DNA of 64,000 nucleotides from Albugo candida. Its lineage: Eukaryota. The stretch's first letter is position 1. The number at the start of each line of letters is the position of its first letter. Both the position numbers and the translations under genes were made by a program. The notes beneath the pieces were generated by a model. It was not told the DNA's origin. It searched no databases and saw nothing but the letters and a program-made list of their open reading frames with translations. The stretch lies in NCBI GenBank assembly GCA_040437565.1, contig JBDOQK010000003.1, forward strand, positions 744,001 through 808,000, in the 5' to 3' direction. Positions 1-11,414 of this stretch are shown here, piece by piece.

Positions 1-77
1 CCAACATTAGCATCACCAGGATGCTCTGCTCGATCGCGCTGTAGCAGAGATTGTTCTTCGTCTGTAAGCGCTGACAT
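1..77 (-). CDS. Possible 5' end of an unknown gene running off the window (MSALTDEEQSLLQRDRAEHPGDANV...)
   Basis: ATG at 77 with an open frame to position 1, lying 125 bp downstream of the HisB-like gene. Too short to identify. Confidence 0.3.
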   Translation of the reverse strand, partial: MSALTDEEQSLLQRDRAEHPGDANV

Positions 78-202
78 ATTCGACGCTACCTCAATTATCG
101 CAAAATTACTGGCCCGCCCTCCATTAAAGCAGAATGGCTCAATTGTCGGATATAATTATAACTCGGAGCATTTGAAGGCCAATTCAGGATGTGTTTTATT
201 TA

Positions 203-1727
203 TTAAGTTAGCATTCCTTTCGTACTTGGGATTCCAGCGGTACCATCAAAGCTTACAGCGCTGCGTAGCGCGACAGCAAAAGCTTTGAAGGATGCCTCGG
301 CACGATGATGATCATTCCGACCACGTAGTACGTCCACATGTACGGTGATTCTAGCAGCAGACGAAAATGAGTGGAAGAAGTGAGGCAGCATCTCGCATGA
401 TAGCGCGCCAATATTTGGACGCGTGAGTGCCAAATTGATCTCGCTGTGTGGTCTACTGGAGATATCAACAACTGCCCGAGAAAGTGCTTCGTCTAAAGGA
501 ACGCACGCGGAGCCAAAGCGTGATATGCCGTGTCGATTTCCAAGGGCCTAACACATTGATTCATTGAGCACGTATATTTGTAACAAGGGGACGGGTAGAA
601 TTACTTTGTCAAATGCCTCTCCGAGTGCTAAGGCACAGTCTTCAGTTGTATGATGGTCATCAATGTGCGTGTCTCCTTCACACGACAGGCTTATATCAAA
701 TCGACTATGTTTGGACATTGCAGTGATCATGTGATCGAGGAATCCAATCCCAGTCTTAATCTGCGAATACATACACTAGTAAGGTGTGTGATCAAGATCG
801 ATTTGATACGTGATCTACCTCAGATTTCCCCGTTCCGTCGATGTAGACTTCAGCATCGATAGAAGTCTCTTTCGTTTTCCTTGACACAGTTGCCATTCGT
901 TTCAAGGAAGCGAACTTTGCATTTTTTGGTATGACATCCAGAAGCTCAGCAACACCCGGTTTTAGTATCCGTGTGGCACCGGCTGCCTTCAAGGACGATA
1001 TGTATCCAGTTTCAGCTTGAGCATCAATGAATTGTGCGTAAGCTTGTGGTGTCATGACGCCGCACGAAACCACTTTTGCTTTGCTTGCGGCGACAATATC
1101 ATCAACTGTGTCGCCTAGCATCAATGCTTCATGCGGATTTACACCTAGCTTTTCCAGTGCCAAGCGAATTGGTATTGGCGATGGTTTGAGATCACCGTCT
1201 TCCATGCAAACAAGCACTTTGAAAAATTGCTCCAGACTACGTCATAAAAAATGTTAGACATCGTGATGTACGACCTACATCGTTACAAGTACGTACTCGT
1301 GCGATCTGAGAAAAGTCATGCAGTCTTTTCGCGGTCGTCCAGTGACCACGGCCATACCCGAAGGTAGTCGATCACTGAGTTCCGCAAGTAATCCTTTGGC
1401 AACTAACAAGCTCTCCAAATTAAATAGACCAGATTTTTCGCTGGTACCCTGGTATAAATCTTCAAATTTCGAGGTGACCTCATCGAGAGAGGGCAAGCTG
1501 CAGGATTTTTCCTGAATGAGACTAGCGGCATTATGTATGAGGCGATAGGTAAGATGCCAGTCGTTATTGGCATCACCCAGCAATTTAAGCTTCTCGATCT
1601 CGTCATTCGACGTGAGAACTCCAAAGTGTTTCGCCGTTCCAATAATCGCTGCGCGATACGATTGTGATACATCGGCCAAGACGCCGTCCATATCCCATAA
1701 CAGAGCTTTGATTGTGCCGTCAGTCAT
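203..1727 (-). CDS. Bifunctional HAD-family phosphatase / imidazoleglycerol-phosphate dehydratase (histidine biosynthesis), 4 exons
   Basis: N-terminal HAD motifs DMDGV, VTGRP, KPSP and GDTVDD. C-terminal IGPD motifs [24 protein letters not shown] and [12 protein letters not shown] introns at 1296-1237, 818-761 and 604-548 join the exons in frame. Confidence 0.92.
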
Positions 1728-1792
1728 AATTGTAACCAGTCAATTTAACACGAAATAATGCTCAAATTATTTATATAAAGCGCAGCTACCTC

Positions 1793-3479
1793 CTACTCAT
1801 CAAGCTGCGTCGTCCAATCGAAAGAAGGCCATTGCGATTTGAATTCAGATTTTTCCTTGTTCTGGTCAAAAAAATCATCTATTGTGCTTTCCTCCTCAGC
1901 AGCATCCTGTTCCGATGATTCTGCCATCCCCTTGATAACGTCAAGACCAAACTGACGAGAAAATTTCGATTCGTTCTCGATAATATGAGCGTATCCTTTG
2001 CCATTATCCCACTCGACATAGAAGTAAGGTGTTCGAGATGGGACTATTCTTCTGAATCCTTTCTCGGGGCCATTAATTTCAAGTATTTTTGAGTGTGTTG
2101 CCCACTCTTCTGTCGCTTGTAAAAGCTCTTGTCTGAAATACAAAGATGCTGACGAAGCAATCGCAGGGACAACCGGAATACACTCAATTTTTGTGTGACG
2201 TCGGTGATGGGGTGCGCTTGTCTGCTCTAAAAAGATTACACTTTTATTGATTCTTCTGAAGAAGGCTCGTAGGGACTGCTGATATAGCTGCACCTCTTTC
2301 CAAGTTTGGTCATCAGCGGCAGCAAAAGATGGAAGATGATGCAATGGAACGATCCAGCAATGTTGAGGTGCCAACCGTTGAGATGAGTGAGCCGTAATAA
2401 GATAGGTACACCTACCAACAGATAAAAGTTCCGAATTCCGGAACTGCGGATTCTGTAAGCAATGCCAACATCTCTCTTTTTGACTCTCTCCTGTCTTTGA
2501 CAAAATAAGAGCTTGCTCTATTCTTCGTGCAGTTTTTTCTGCAGTGAATGGCACCAACTGCTCAACTCCTGATAAGTGAGGTTTCATTACCCCACAAATA
2601 GCGTTATGAGCATGGCTTATTCGTTCTTCTCGGACTAAATCTTCCAATGAGGATTCTGTGTTTGCCAGAGTTCTCTGATTCTGCTCTTTTTTTCCATGTC
2701 GGACAGACTTTTGCCCAAATCCTGAAAAAGAATTGCTATGATGCTTGCTAATGGAGCCAGTTGATGCAATACTCTCATGTAATTCTGCCTCCCGCTCGCC
2801 TAATTTATTTTTATACAGTTGGAATTGATCCAAGTCCCCAAGCATTTGAGCTCGTAAAGCACAAGCTGCTATTTTGTTGATATCCATGTCCTCTTGTGCG
2901 TCACTTTTGTGACGCGATACATCCGTTTGAATTGGTGGACTATGCATCCTTCTGTACTGAAAGCCCTCTTGAGAATCACCTGATGGCGTCAGGTCTGCTT
3001 CCTTGTTTGCCTTCAGTTGTCGTGTGGCTTCAGCTGACACCGACTCGATTTCGTCACTGACCGCTATTTTTTTGCTGACAATTTCACGGCCGCATGAATA
3101 CAGATGAGCATCATTCAGACTTTCATGGATGTAATCTTCATCAGGTGCATGTATTGAAGTACTACAACTCTATCCAACGGTCGTTTAGCGTCATAGACAT
3201 AAAGCATACCAAGTTCATGCCAACATAATTGGTATTTTGCAACCAGGGTCTGTCCTTGGTATAATTTTATACACAGCGATTGCTAACCGTTTCAATTGCA
3301 TTCTTCAGATCCTCAGCACGTCGTTTTTGTCGTTTTTTGCTCCTCTTTAATGCCTTTTTGGTCTCTTTGCGATCCTCAAGAATAATAATTCTACAATGTA
3401 CTGCTTATATGAAAATGCGCTAAGATACGTACTCGCTTTTTGCTTCCCGATTGTTTATGCCTTGGAACTCTGCTTGCAT
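1793..3479 (-). CDS. CWF19L2: CWF19-like protein 2 (CwfJ C-terminal domains), spliced; 5' exons approximate
   Basis: CWHCL...HCWIVPLHH...HTKIECIPVP...ATEEWATH...GYAHIIE...FDWTT match the CwfJ_C1/C2 pattern. Short lysine-rich upstream exons start from an ATG at 3479. Confidence 0.8.
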
Positions 3480-3991
3480 CACAAAATGCGATCCCATCCA
3501 ACAGCGAAGTATTATTATCGCTGCTACCCACACGACTCATCGAACGTGACTGGACAAAATAATTGCCTTAATAAAACGTAATGTCTCAGTCGTGTCGCAC
3601 TGCGCTTCCTGATGTGGCGATTCGGAGGTTTGGGAGGAGTGTCAAACTCTTCAAGTAAAAGCGTTAAAAGTTTTGTATCTTGATGCAAAATCGAGGAAGT
3701 ATAGGCTTGATTTTACCAGCCCAAAGACCCTGTAGCCAACTTATACCGAGACTATCTAGATGCACTGTCCGGCCGTGGAAAGATACATGATGGGAAGAAG
3801 AAAAACTGATTGAGGCGCAAGGTTGAACGGTTGCATATATTTTTGACGTGAGAGGTCAAGTCGCCTAAATGTTACTGATGTTGCGTTATGGTAGATTTTT
3901 CCCGCCTTACGACCATTAACACCTTCCGATTCCGATCGAGAATATCATCCATCCTACTTTGCAATCTCTCCACCCATCCCTTTACGAGAAA

Positions 3992-4010
3992 CCTCATTTT
4001 TCATTTTTCT
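3992..4010 (+). promoter_or_regulatory. Oomycete INR+FPR core promoter element
   Basis: CCTCATTTTTCATTTTTCT matches the consensus GCTCATTYYNCAWTTTNYY at all but the first base, and ends 36 nt upstream of the ADH ATG at 4047. Confidence 0.7.
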
Positions 4011-4046
4011 TCAAACGTAGTACTTCACTCGATCACGCCGAATATC

Positions 4047-5104
4047 ATGTCCAGCACACGAACAATACACGCGCTCGCCGCATTTGAATCCAAAGGAGAA
4101 ATAAAACCCTGGTCCTATGAATCTAGACCACTCGGACCCGAAGACATTGAAATCGAAATTACTCATTGTGGAATTTGTGGCAGTGATATCCATACGATTG
4201 ACAGCGGATGGGGACCAACCACCTATCCCGTTGTTCCAGGACATGAAATTGTTGGGAAAGTAACCGAGGTCGGTCCCAGTGTGGACAAATTTAAGGTCGG
4301 AGATCGGGTCGGTGTGGGGGCACAGGTATGGGCGTGTCTGAATAAAGATGCATCGAAACCATGTCATGAATGTGAGGTGGGAATGGATGCACTCTGCAGT
4401 AGCATCGTCGCAACATACAACGGAAAATATCGTGATGGCAGTACCTCGTACGGTGGTTATGCAGACTTCATTCGTGTGATACAAGATTACGCTTTCACTA
4501 TTCCCAAAATATACCGTCTGATGCAGCTGCTCCATTATTGTGTGCCGGTGCCACTGTTTATACACCTTTGAAACACGAAGGTGTCAAAAGCGGCGATCGT
4601 GTTGGTGTCATCGGTATTGGTGGACTCGGGCATCTTGCTATACAATTCATTGCAGCCATTGGTGCAATTCCGGTTGCATTCTCTCGGTCTAATAGTAAGG
4701 AGAAAGAAGTGCGCGCTCTTGGGGCTCAGGATTTTATTGCAACCAACGATATGGAACAAGTCAAAAGTGCGTCACGATCGTTGGATTATCTTTTGATTAC
4801 AGCGGACGCAAACGGAATGCCATATGATCAGTATTTGGGTTTTCTTCGCCCTCGAGGTACTTGTATAATGCTCGGACTTCCCAACGATAACATAACATTC
4901 CGGGGACTATCTCTGGTCTTCCCGGCTGTAAGATTCGTCGGAAGCTTGATTGGCAGCATCCAAGATATAAAGGAAATGTTACAAATCGCTTCGAATAAAA
5001 ACGTTCGGCCGGTCATCCAGAAAATGCCAATGAAGCAAGTTAATGATGGTATTGAACTTGTTCGCAGCGGGAAAGTTCGTTATCGTGTAGTGTTGGAGAA
5101 CTAA
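4047..5104 (+). CDS. Zn-dependent NADP alcohol dehydrogenase (cinnamyl-alcohol/mannitol dehydrogenase family), with an apparent 1-nt frameshift near 4506-4509
   Basis: Motifs CGICGSD, VPGHEIVG, APLLCAG, GIGGLGH and the C-terminal VRYRVVL. The two ORFs join if one A is added to the A4 run. Confidence 0.9.
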
Positions 5105-5753
5105 GAGATGCATTATTCACGATTGAATGTATATTTTGATATGCTTAATTTTCGATGTCTTTTTATAAACAAACGTTAGCTTTAATGGATAATGGGTGCA
5201 CGTAGCGTCATGACGAGCTTTTCTCTATATATAGAGTGACAAACGAACTATGACGTTCGCACATGAAATCACCGTGATCGATGATAAGAGAACGTCAATC
5301 AAGGTACTTGAAGGGACAGTTGGTAAAATGAAGAGTCAACTTTGCAATAAACACTTTGAGCGAAAACGGTAAATCGATGGGTCTAAAAAGTCAAAGACAA
5401 TCCAAATGAATACTATAAGGAGCGACACTTCTTGTGAAATAAATATTACAACGAAAACTTGGAAATTAAAATATCCTCGCATCAGATATATGCGCCAAAA
5501 TACTCGCGCAAAGATTTAGCTGAACAGACGGGCCTTTCACTGATAAAGAAATAATGTCATACGCGCTGCGTTCGTGCCTACGCTCCACGTTATACCTTTC
5601 CATCATATCTTGATTCGGGATTTTCAGGCTGGGAGCAGAATTCGTCAAGCTCAATAGCATTTTCAGTCCTACTCTGTGAGGTAGAATGTATCAATGCTTG
5701 CATAGAGTCTATCCATGTGTAATTTCATCAAATTTTGATTGGGTGGGTCAGTT

Positions 5754-6758
5754 ATGTGGTCTCAAACTTTCAGATATTGTCGGCGCGCGCTCTCAAGCTC
5801 AAGTACATCCGCGGTTGATCTAAACTTCAATGTCAAGAGTCAGCGCGAGATGGAGCAACTAGGCGCATGCATAGGGCGAAGGCTCCGATTGAATGACGTG
5901 ATGTTACTATATGGGTACATATACTTAAATGCAAATACTTTGTACGATCGCCTGACATAAATGTAGAGATTTGGGTTGTGGGAAGACATGTCTCGCCCGT
6001 GGAAGTATTCGAGAGCTAACAAACTCCGACATCCTCGTTCCATCTCCGAGTTACCTACTTGTCAATTCTTACGTGACAGCCAAAAGGTACTTCTCTCGCT
6101 CAGTTTTCTCGCATACTTGCAAAATCAAAGACTGNNNNNNNNNNNNNNNNNNNNNNNNNNNNNNNNNNNNNNNNNNNNNNNNNNNNNNNNNNNNNNNNNN
6201 NNNNNNNNNNNNNNNNNNNNNNNNNNNNNNNNNNTACGATCGCCTGACATAAATGTAGAGATTTGGGTTGTGGGAAGACATGTCTCGCCCGTGGAAGTAT
6301 TCGAGAGCTAACAAACTCCGACATCCTCGTTCCATCTCCGAGTTACCTACTTGTCAATTCTTACGTGACAGCCAAAAGGTACTTCTCTCGCTCAGTTTTC
6401 TCGCATACTTGCAAAATCAAAGACTGTTTCCGGCAGTGTTTTATATCACGTCGATCTGTACCGTCTACGGCAAGTAACGTTTGCAGACGCAAAGGCGTTG
6501 GGGCTTGTAAATGCTTTTGGTTCCGGTATCGTGATTGTAGAATGGCCTGATCGTATATTTGAGCATACACAGAAAATTTGTAATCAAGAGGAGACACCTC
6601 GTCAGCAGCATTCTTGGGTTCCAAATGAATATTTACAAGTCACCATCAAATATGATACGCAGGATGGTACTGACTGGAGAAATGTAGCTTTCCGACCGGT
6701 GGGCAAGAGCTGGGAGGATAGATTGATTGACTTTTCTATAACTGATAAAAACAAGTGA
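5754..6758 (+). CDS. tsaE: tRNA threonylcarbamoyladenosine biosynthesis ATPase TsaE (YjeE), spliced, with a presequence-like N-terminus; spans an assembly gap
   Basis: Walker A YGDLGCGKT is formed across intron 5915-5966. VPSPSY, YHVDLYRL and IVEWP motifs are present. The N-terminus MWSQTFRYCRRALSSSS is R/S-rich and lacks acidic residues. Confidence 0.88.
5943..6426. repeat. Gap-flanking duplication 5943-6134 = 6235-6426 (assembly overlap)
   Basis: The same 192 bp lies on both sides of a 100-N gap. Confidence 0.9.
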
Positions 6759-6798
6759 AATTCTATAGCGGCGAAATATACAAATATGCTGAGACTGC

Positions 6799-8377
6799 TC
6801 ACGGAACAGGACCATTCGAATAACCCTGCCTTCTCAGCAAGTTGCTGACATCTTCACGTGAAGCAATCGCGTCTGGCATCGCAGAAGCGTCATCAATCTG
6901 TGATCGTATAAATTCGTGGAACTCTCTCCGAGACAGCACCGAACGGCAAGACGACGCTACTGAAGCATGACTTGTCGTCCGAAAAGATCGCAATGATGAC
7001 ATATCATCGTCAGCTCTATGGTGTTGCGCAACCTGCGAGCGATCTTGGCTTGCAGGTTCATTATCGTCCTCGTCGTCAGAAGCAATCACTATACCAGTAT
7101 GCTCCAAGTCCTTAAGTAGCTGAAGATCCTGATTAATTTGTTCCAGCCGCTGCTGAGTCAAACGTTCCTTCTTATTATTTTGAATGACGTTCTGTGTCAA
7201 ATGTGACAGAGACGCTTCTCTGTCATCGTCGTGAGATTCGTCGGGAATCGTAATAATTGAGTCCTCATCAAGCAAGATGGGCTGATAGATACCTGCTCTA
7301 TCATGTATCAGTTGCTCTATTGCATCCTTTTCCTCTCTACCAAGTGCAAAGGCATTAATGTCCATAGATGGAGGGCAATTCAATTTTTCCGCCACGGGAT
7401 CCTCACTCAATAAATGATCAAGTCGTTCTTCTTCATCACGAGTGAATTTGGTGCTACCATTTCGGATAAGATCGCGATTACGTTCAATATAGTTCACCTT
7501 TTTTGTTCCATCAAGAAGGAAAGTGACGCGGCGTTTGGACCTTCTTTGTTTTCCCCTCGGTTTATTGTCATGATTAGGAGTTGGATCGATTTCAGTGATT
7601 TTATCTTTCTTGTGTACATCGACAGTAGCTTTGTGCACTTCGTTGTACAAGTTTTTTCCCCATTTGACTTCCAGAATAGCGTCCAGTTGACGGATACGTG
7701 CCGTTTTCACAGCAATCTTGGTTTCTAAAGTCATTTCCCCACGATTATTTTCATCCTAATCACAAGAAACGCTTATAAAATATTTGAGAGTCTGTAAACG
7801 AGGTGAGACTCACAGTGGCATAGTGCTTGTTTAAAGCACGTTCAATCAGCAAGTGAGACCAAGATGCACCTTGGTTACTTTTACTCTGCGTATGAGTGTC
7901 CTTTCCGTCACTAATATCAGCTTCATTCATTAAAGATACTATCCGGTCGAAGTTACCAGGAAAATGGATCAGTGTTCCACCCAAATCATCCTTTTTTGTG
8001 GCCAAAGATGCAAGATATTCTTCAAGATCTTCACAGACCATCAATCGTCGTTGTTGATAGTAAGTCAGCATATTTTGTACTCGTTGCAAATGTTCTTCTG
8101 TCTGATTAGGTACATCTTGTTTATCGGTTCCTTCAATCTGCGGATTGAGAATCGCATCTTGATCCGCCAGACAATGACCCTCTTTCATCTCTATGTGGCA
8201 GGTATGCTGTAAAGCCGTTGCCTCGATATTTCTAATTTTCCGATTGTACAAAGCAACTTCGTTTTCACAATAAGATGCTTCTCGCTCAGAGGTACTTGTT
8301 ATGAAAATTGGCTTATCGTTCGGGCATTTCATTAGATTGACACTATTCTCCGCTTCGCAAATCATCCGTTTCGACAT
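6799..8377 (-). CDS. Coiled-coil protein, FSIP1 (fibrous sheath-interacting protein 1)-like, at least 2 exons
   Basis: Intron 7813-7756 joins the two ORFs in frame. NYIERNRDL...EEERLDHLL and QQRLEQINQDL resemble FSIP1 family blocks as I recall them. Confidence 0.55.
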
Positions 8378-8654
8378 AATATTACGCCAGAAACGTCGAC
8401 ACTCCACATCTAATCAAAAGACCGATAAATTAAAAACTTTTCATACTGAAACGTTGACAACCTTCTGCATTTAGAATTGATCTCTAATGCATCTAATAGA
8501 GCACCTTTGAGGCTTAAAATCAATGCAAGTTAGGGTTATTGTATGTACGGTGATAGTGTTTGACTTCTGATTGTATGCGGTTAGTGCTCTCTCCCGATAT
8601 TTTCGATTCTCACTACTTTTATTGGCGCTTGCATCATACTCCGCATTGAAAGCA

Positions 8655-9776
8655 ATGGCAACAGATGACGACAGCGTTCTCGATGTTAACTCTTTGATTG
8701 ATCGAGCCACTTTTGATGATAAAATAGGCTTGGAGGATTTTACTTTGATTCGAGTAATCGGAAAAGGTTCTTTTGGGAAAGTTACATTAGTTCGGAAAAA
8801 AACGAACAGTAAGATATTTGCAATGAAAATACTGTCGAAAACTCAATTAGTAAAACGTAAACAAGTAGAACATACTAAAACGGAAAGACGGGTTCTGAGT
8901 GTTGCGAGTCATCCTTTCATTGTAGGGCTACATTATGCATTCCAAACCTCCTCAAAGCTGTATTTTGTATTAGACTATTGTCCAGGTGGAGAATTATTTT
9001 TCCATCTGTCAAGAATGGGAAAGTTTGATGAAAACATGACTCGGTTTTATGCGGCGGAACTAGTAGTGGCTCTGGAACATTTACATTCTCTTGGAGTAGT
9101 GTATCGAGACCTAAAGCCGGAGAATATTTTACTAGATGAAATGGGGCACATAAAATTGGCAGATTTTGGACTAGCAAAAGACAAGGTCACCGAAGTGGAT
9201 AGTGGAGCTACTTCATTGTGCGGTACGCCAGAATATCTAGCACCGGAGATACTGACAAGAAAGGGGCATGGACGAGCTGTGGATTGGTGGGGATTAGGAA
9301 TGGTGATTTACGAAATGCTTACAGGATTGCCACCATGGTATGCTCGGAATAGAGAGGAACTTTTTGCCCGAATTCGTGACGCTCCCCTGGAGATTCCCAA
9401 CTATTTCAGTGCTGAAGCCGCTTCATTGACTTCATTACTATTACACCGTGAACCGAGTAAACGATTGGGAAGCAAAGGGGCAAGCGAGGTTAAAGCGCAT
9501 GCTTTTTTTCGTTCAGTTGATTGGGATAGTTTGCTTTGGGCTGAACCTCCATTCAAACCGTCAGATCCACAATCAAAAGAAGCTGGTGACACCTCTAATT
9601 TTGATCCGGAATTCACAGAGATGCCTGTTTCCGGCACACCACTCAGCAAGTCCAATACAGGATCTTCGTTCCCCAAGAGTATGTTCCGCGGTTTCACGTA
9701 TGAAGCTCCTGCCGTGTCGTTTGGATCGGACACATCACAATCCAAAGTTGAATTCGCTTCTACCCCGTACATTTAG
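8655..9776 (+). CDS. AGC-family Ser/Thr protein kinase (S6K/SGK/PKB-like), no PH domain
   Basis: Motifs GKGSFGKV, YRDLKPEN, DFG, CGTPEYLAPE, NFDPEFT and the hydrophobic motif FRGFTY. Confidence 0.93.
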   Translation: MATDDDSVLDVNSLIDRATFDDKIGLEDFTLIRVIGKGSFGKVTLVRKKTNSKIFAMKILSKTQLVKRKQVEHTKTERRVLSVASHPFIVGLHYAFQTSSKLYFVLDYCPGGELFFHLSRMGKFDENMTRFYAAELVVALEHLHSLGVVYRDLKPENILLDEMGHIKLADFGLAKDKVTEVDSGATSLCGTPEYLAPEILTRKGHGRAVDWWGLGMVIYEMLTGLPPWYARNREELFARIRDAPLEIPNYFSAEAASLTSLLLHREPSKRLGSKGASEVKAHAFFRSVDWDSLLWAEPPFKPSDPQSKEAGDTSNFDPEFTEMPVSGTPLSKSNTGSSFPKSMFRGFTYEAPAVSFGSDTSQSKVEFASTPYI

Positions 9777-9867
9777 TGCAATATTAAACCACATAGAATA
9801 TCAATTGTGAGAAAAAATAGAACTTTACTGACGTAACTTAGAAACCACCAGTCATTTCTTCCCAATT

Positions 9868-11414
9868 ATGGGCGGCGTAGATACAGGAAACGAGGAGCTA
9901 ATCTCAGCATCCCAAGTAGTTCCAGACACGAAGTATGACCTCACCAACACACTCGCACCCTCTATGGATTTGCATTTCATGTTCCCATTAATCGACTTTC
10001 TAATGAGTAATGATATGTACGAAGAATCAGAATTATTAATGGCAAAACTCTCGCTACTAAAACCTACCAATATGGCAGATTTCGCGTTAGAAGTGTATCA
10101 AAACCTATATCAGACCAAAGAGACTCCCGCGGAATTCGAAAATAGGCGCAGTGAGATTTTAGAGCGTCTGAGTGCAACTGAAAATGAATGCAAATTAATG
10201 CTGGACTTGATTCAGGATGAACAAAAAATCATCCAACTACAAAATGAAAATCTGTTAAACGCATCCTATCTGGAGAAGCACGAGAAGATATCTACTTCAG
10301 TCTTAGATGGATTGTACAAGTACGCTAAAGTGCAGTATGAGTGCGGGAATTATCAAGATTGTCTGACGTATCTAACATATTATGGAGTTCTTATACCCAA
10401 TTCCTCACCTCGATATATAAATGCTCTCTGGGGGAAATTGGCTGCTGAAATTCTCATATTTCGCTGGGAAGAAGCTCTAGCCGATATAGAACGAATCAGT
10501 GATGTCATCGAAAATAGTGTACGTAAAGTATAGTAGCCGAGGGATTTTTCGTGAGATGAAAAAGCGCACAGGCAGTCGGTAGAGTCAACCTGTATGGAAA
10601 ACATATATCGAAGATCAACTGCGTTGTGCGCTTTGGTTTACTCACTAAAATCACTTCGGACTCTTGTATTTGGATTTGGAGCTCACCGTGATTTATATCT
10701 TAGGCTTCCATGACACCCCAAGAACAACTTCAACAACGCACATGGTTGTTGCATTGGTCTCTCTTCGTTTTTGCCTGGTGCGAAGATGGACGCGATGCGA
10801 TTGTCGAGTTCATGCTTCAGCCACGATACGCAGAAGCAATTCAATGTAATGCACCATGGCTGTTACGATATCTTTCAGCAGGTGTTATATTCCACAAACG
10901 TCGAAAAAGTCTTATTCCGGATTTACTTCGCATTTTACAACTGGCGGATACAACCTACGTCGATCCAATTCTCGAATTTGTGGACTACTTGTTTGTCCGC
11001 CTTGATTTTGAATCCGCTCAAGCTAGTTTACGTGAATGCGAGGCCGTGTTGGCAAGCGACTTTTTTCTCTATGAGAAAAATTTAACTGACTTCATGGAGT
11101 CTGCTAAATTAGCGATTTTTGAACTGTACTGTCGTGTGCATCGCACGATAGATATCAAAGTATTGGCAAGGCAACTTGAGATGGAAGACGACGAGGAAGC
11201 CGAACAATGGATTGTCAACTTGATTCGCAATGCTCGTTTGGAAGCAAAGATCGACTCACAGTCTGGGCAGATTATCATGGGCTCCCATAATAGCTCTCGG
11301 AACAACGTGTATCGCCAGATAATTGAACGCACTAGAGACCTTGTGGTCCGGACAACAAGCATGGCAGCTCAAACGGAAAGGGTCAGACAACGTAAATCTG
11401 ATGTTCGAGCCTAG
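9868..11414 (+). CDS. EIF3E: Eukaryotic translation initiation factor 3 subunit E, 2 exons (intron 10519-10703)
   Basis: Motifs YDLT..LAPSMDLH..FPLIDF, ALWGKLAAEIL, LQQRTWLLHWSLF and AEQWIVNLIRNARLEAKIDS (PCI domain). Confidence 0.95.
10537..10659 (+). other. Long imperfect hairpin inside the eIF3E intron (candidate structured RNA)
   Basis: Nested helices CCGAGG/CTTCGG, GATTTT/AAAATC, GTGAG/CTCAC, AAAGCGCACA/TGTGCGCTTT and GCAGT/ACTGC, plus an inner hairpin TGTATG-GAAAA-CATATA. Confidence 0.75.

Noticed and set aside
4500-4515. Programmed -1 ribosomal frameshift in the ADH gene
   Set aside because: No correctly phased X XXY YYZ slippery heptamer; a homopolymer error is simpler.
5466-5716. 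Small minus-strand ORF or spliced gene upstream of tsaE
   Set aside because: No recognisable motif, and trial splices give only short products.
8571-8654. Signal-peptide-like extension on the AGC kinase
   Set aside because: It depends on a TTG start directly after a stop; the first ATG at 8655 gives a normal cytosolic kinase.
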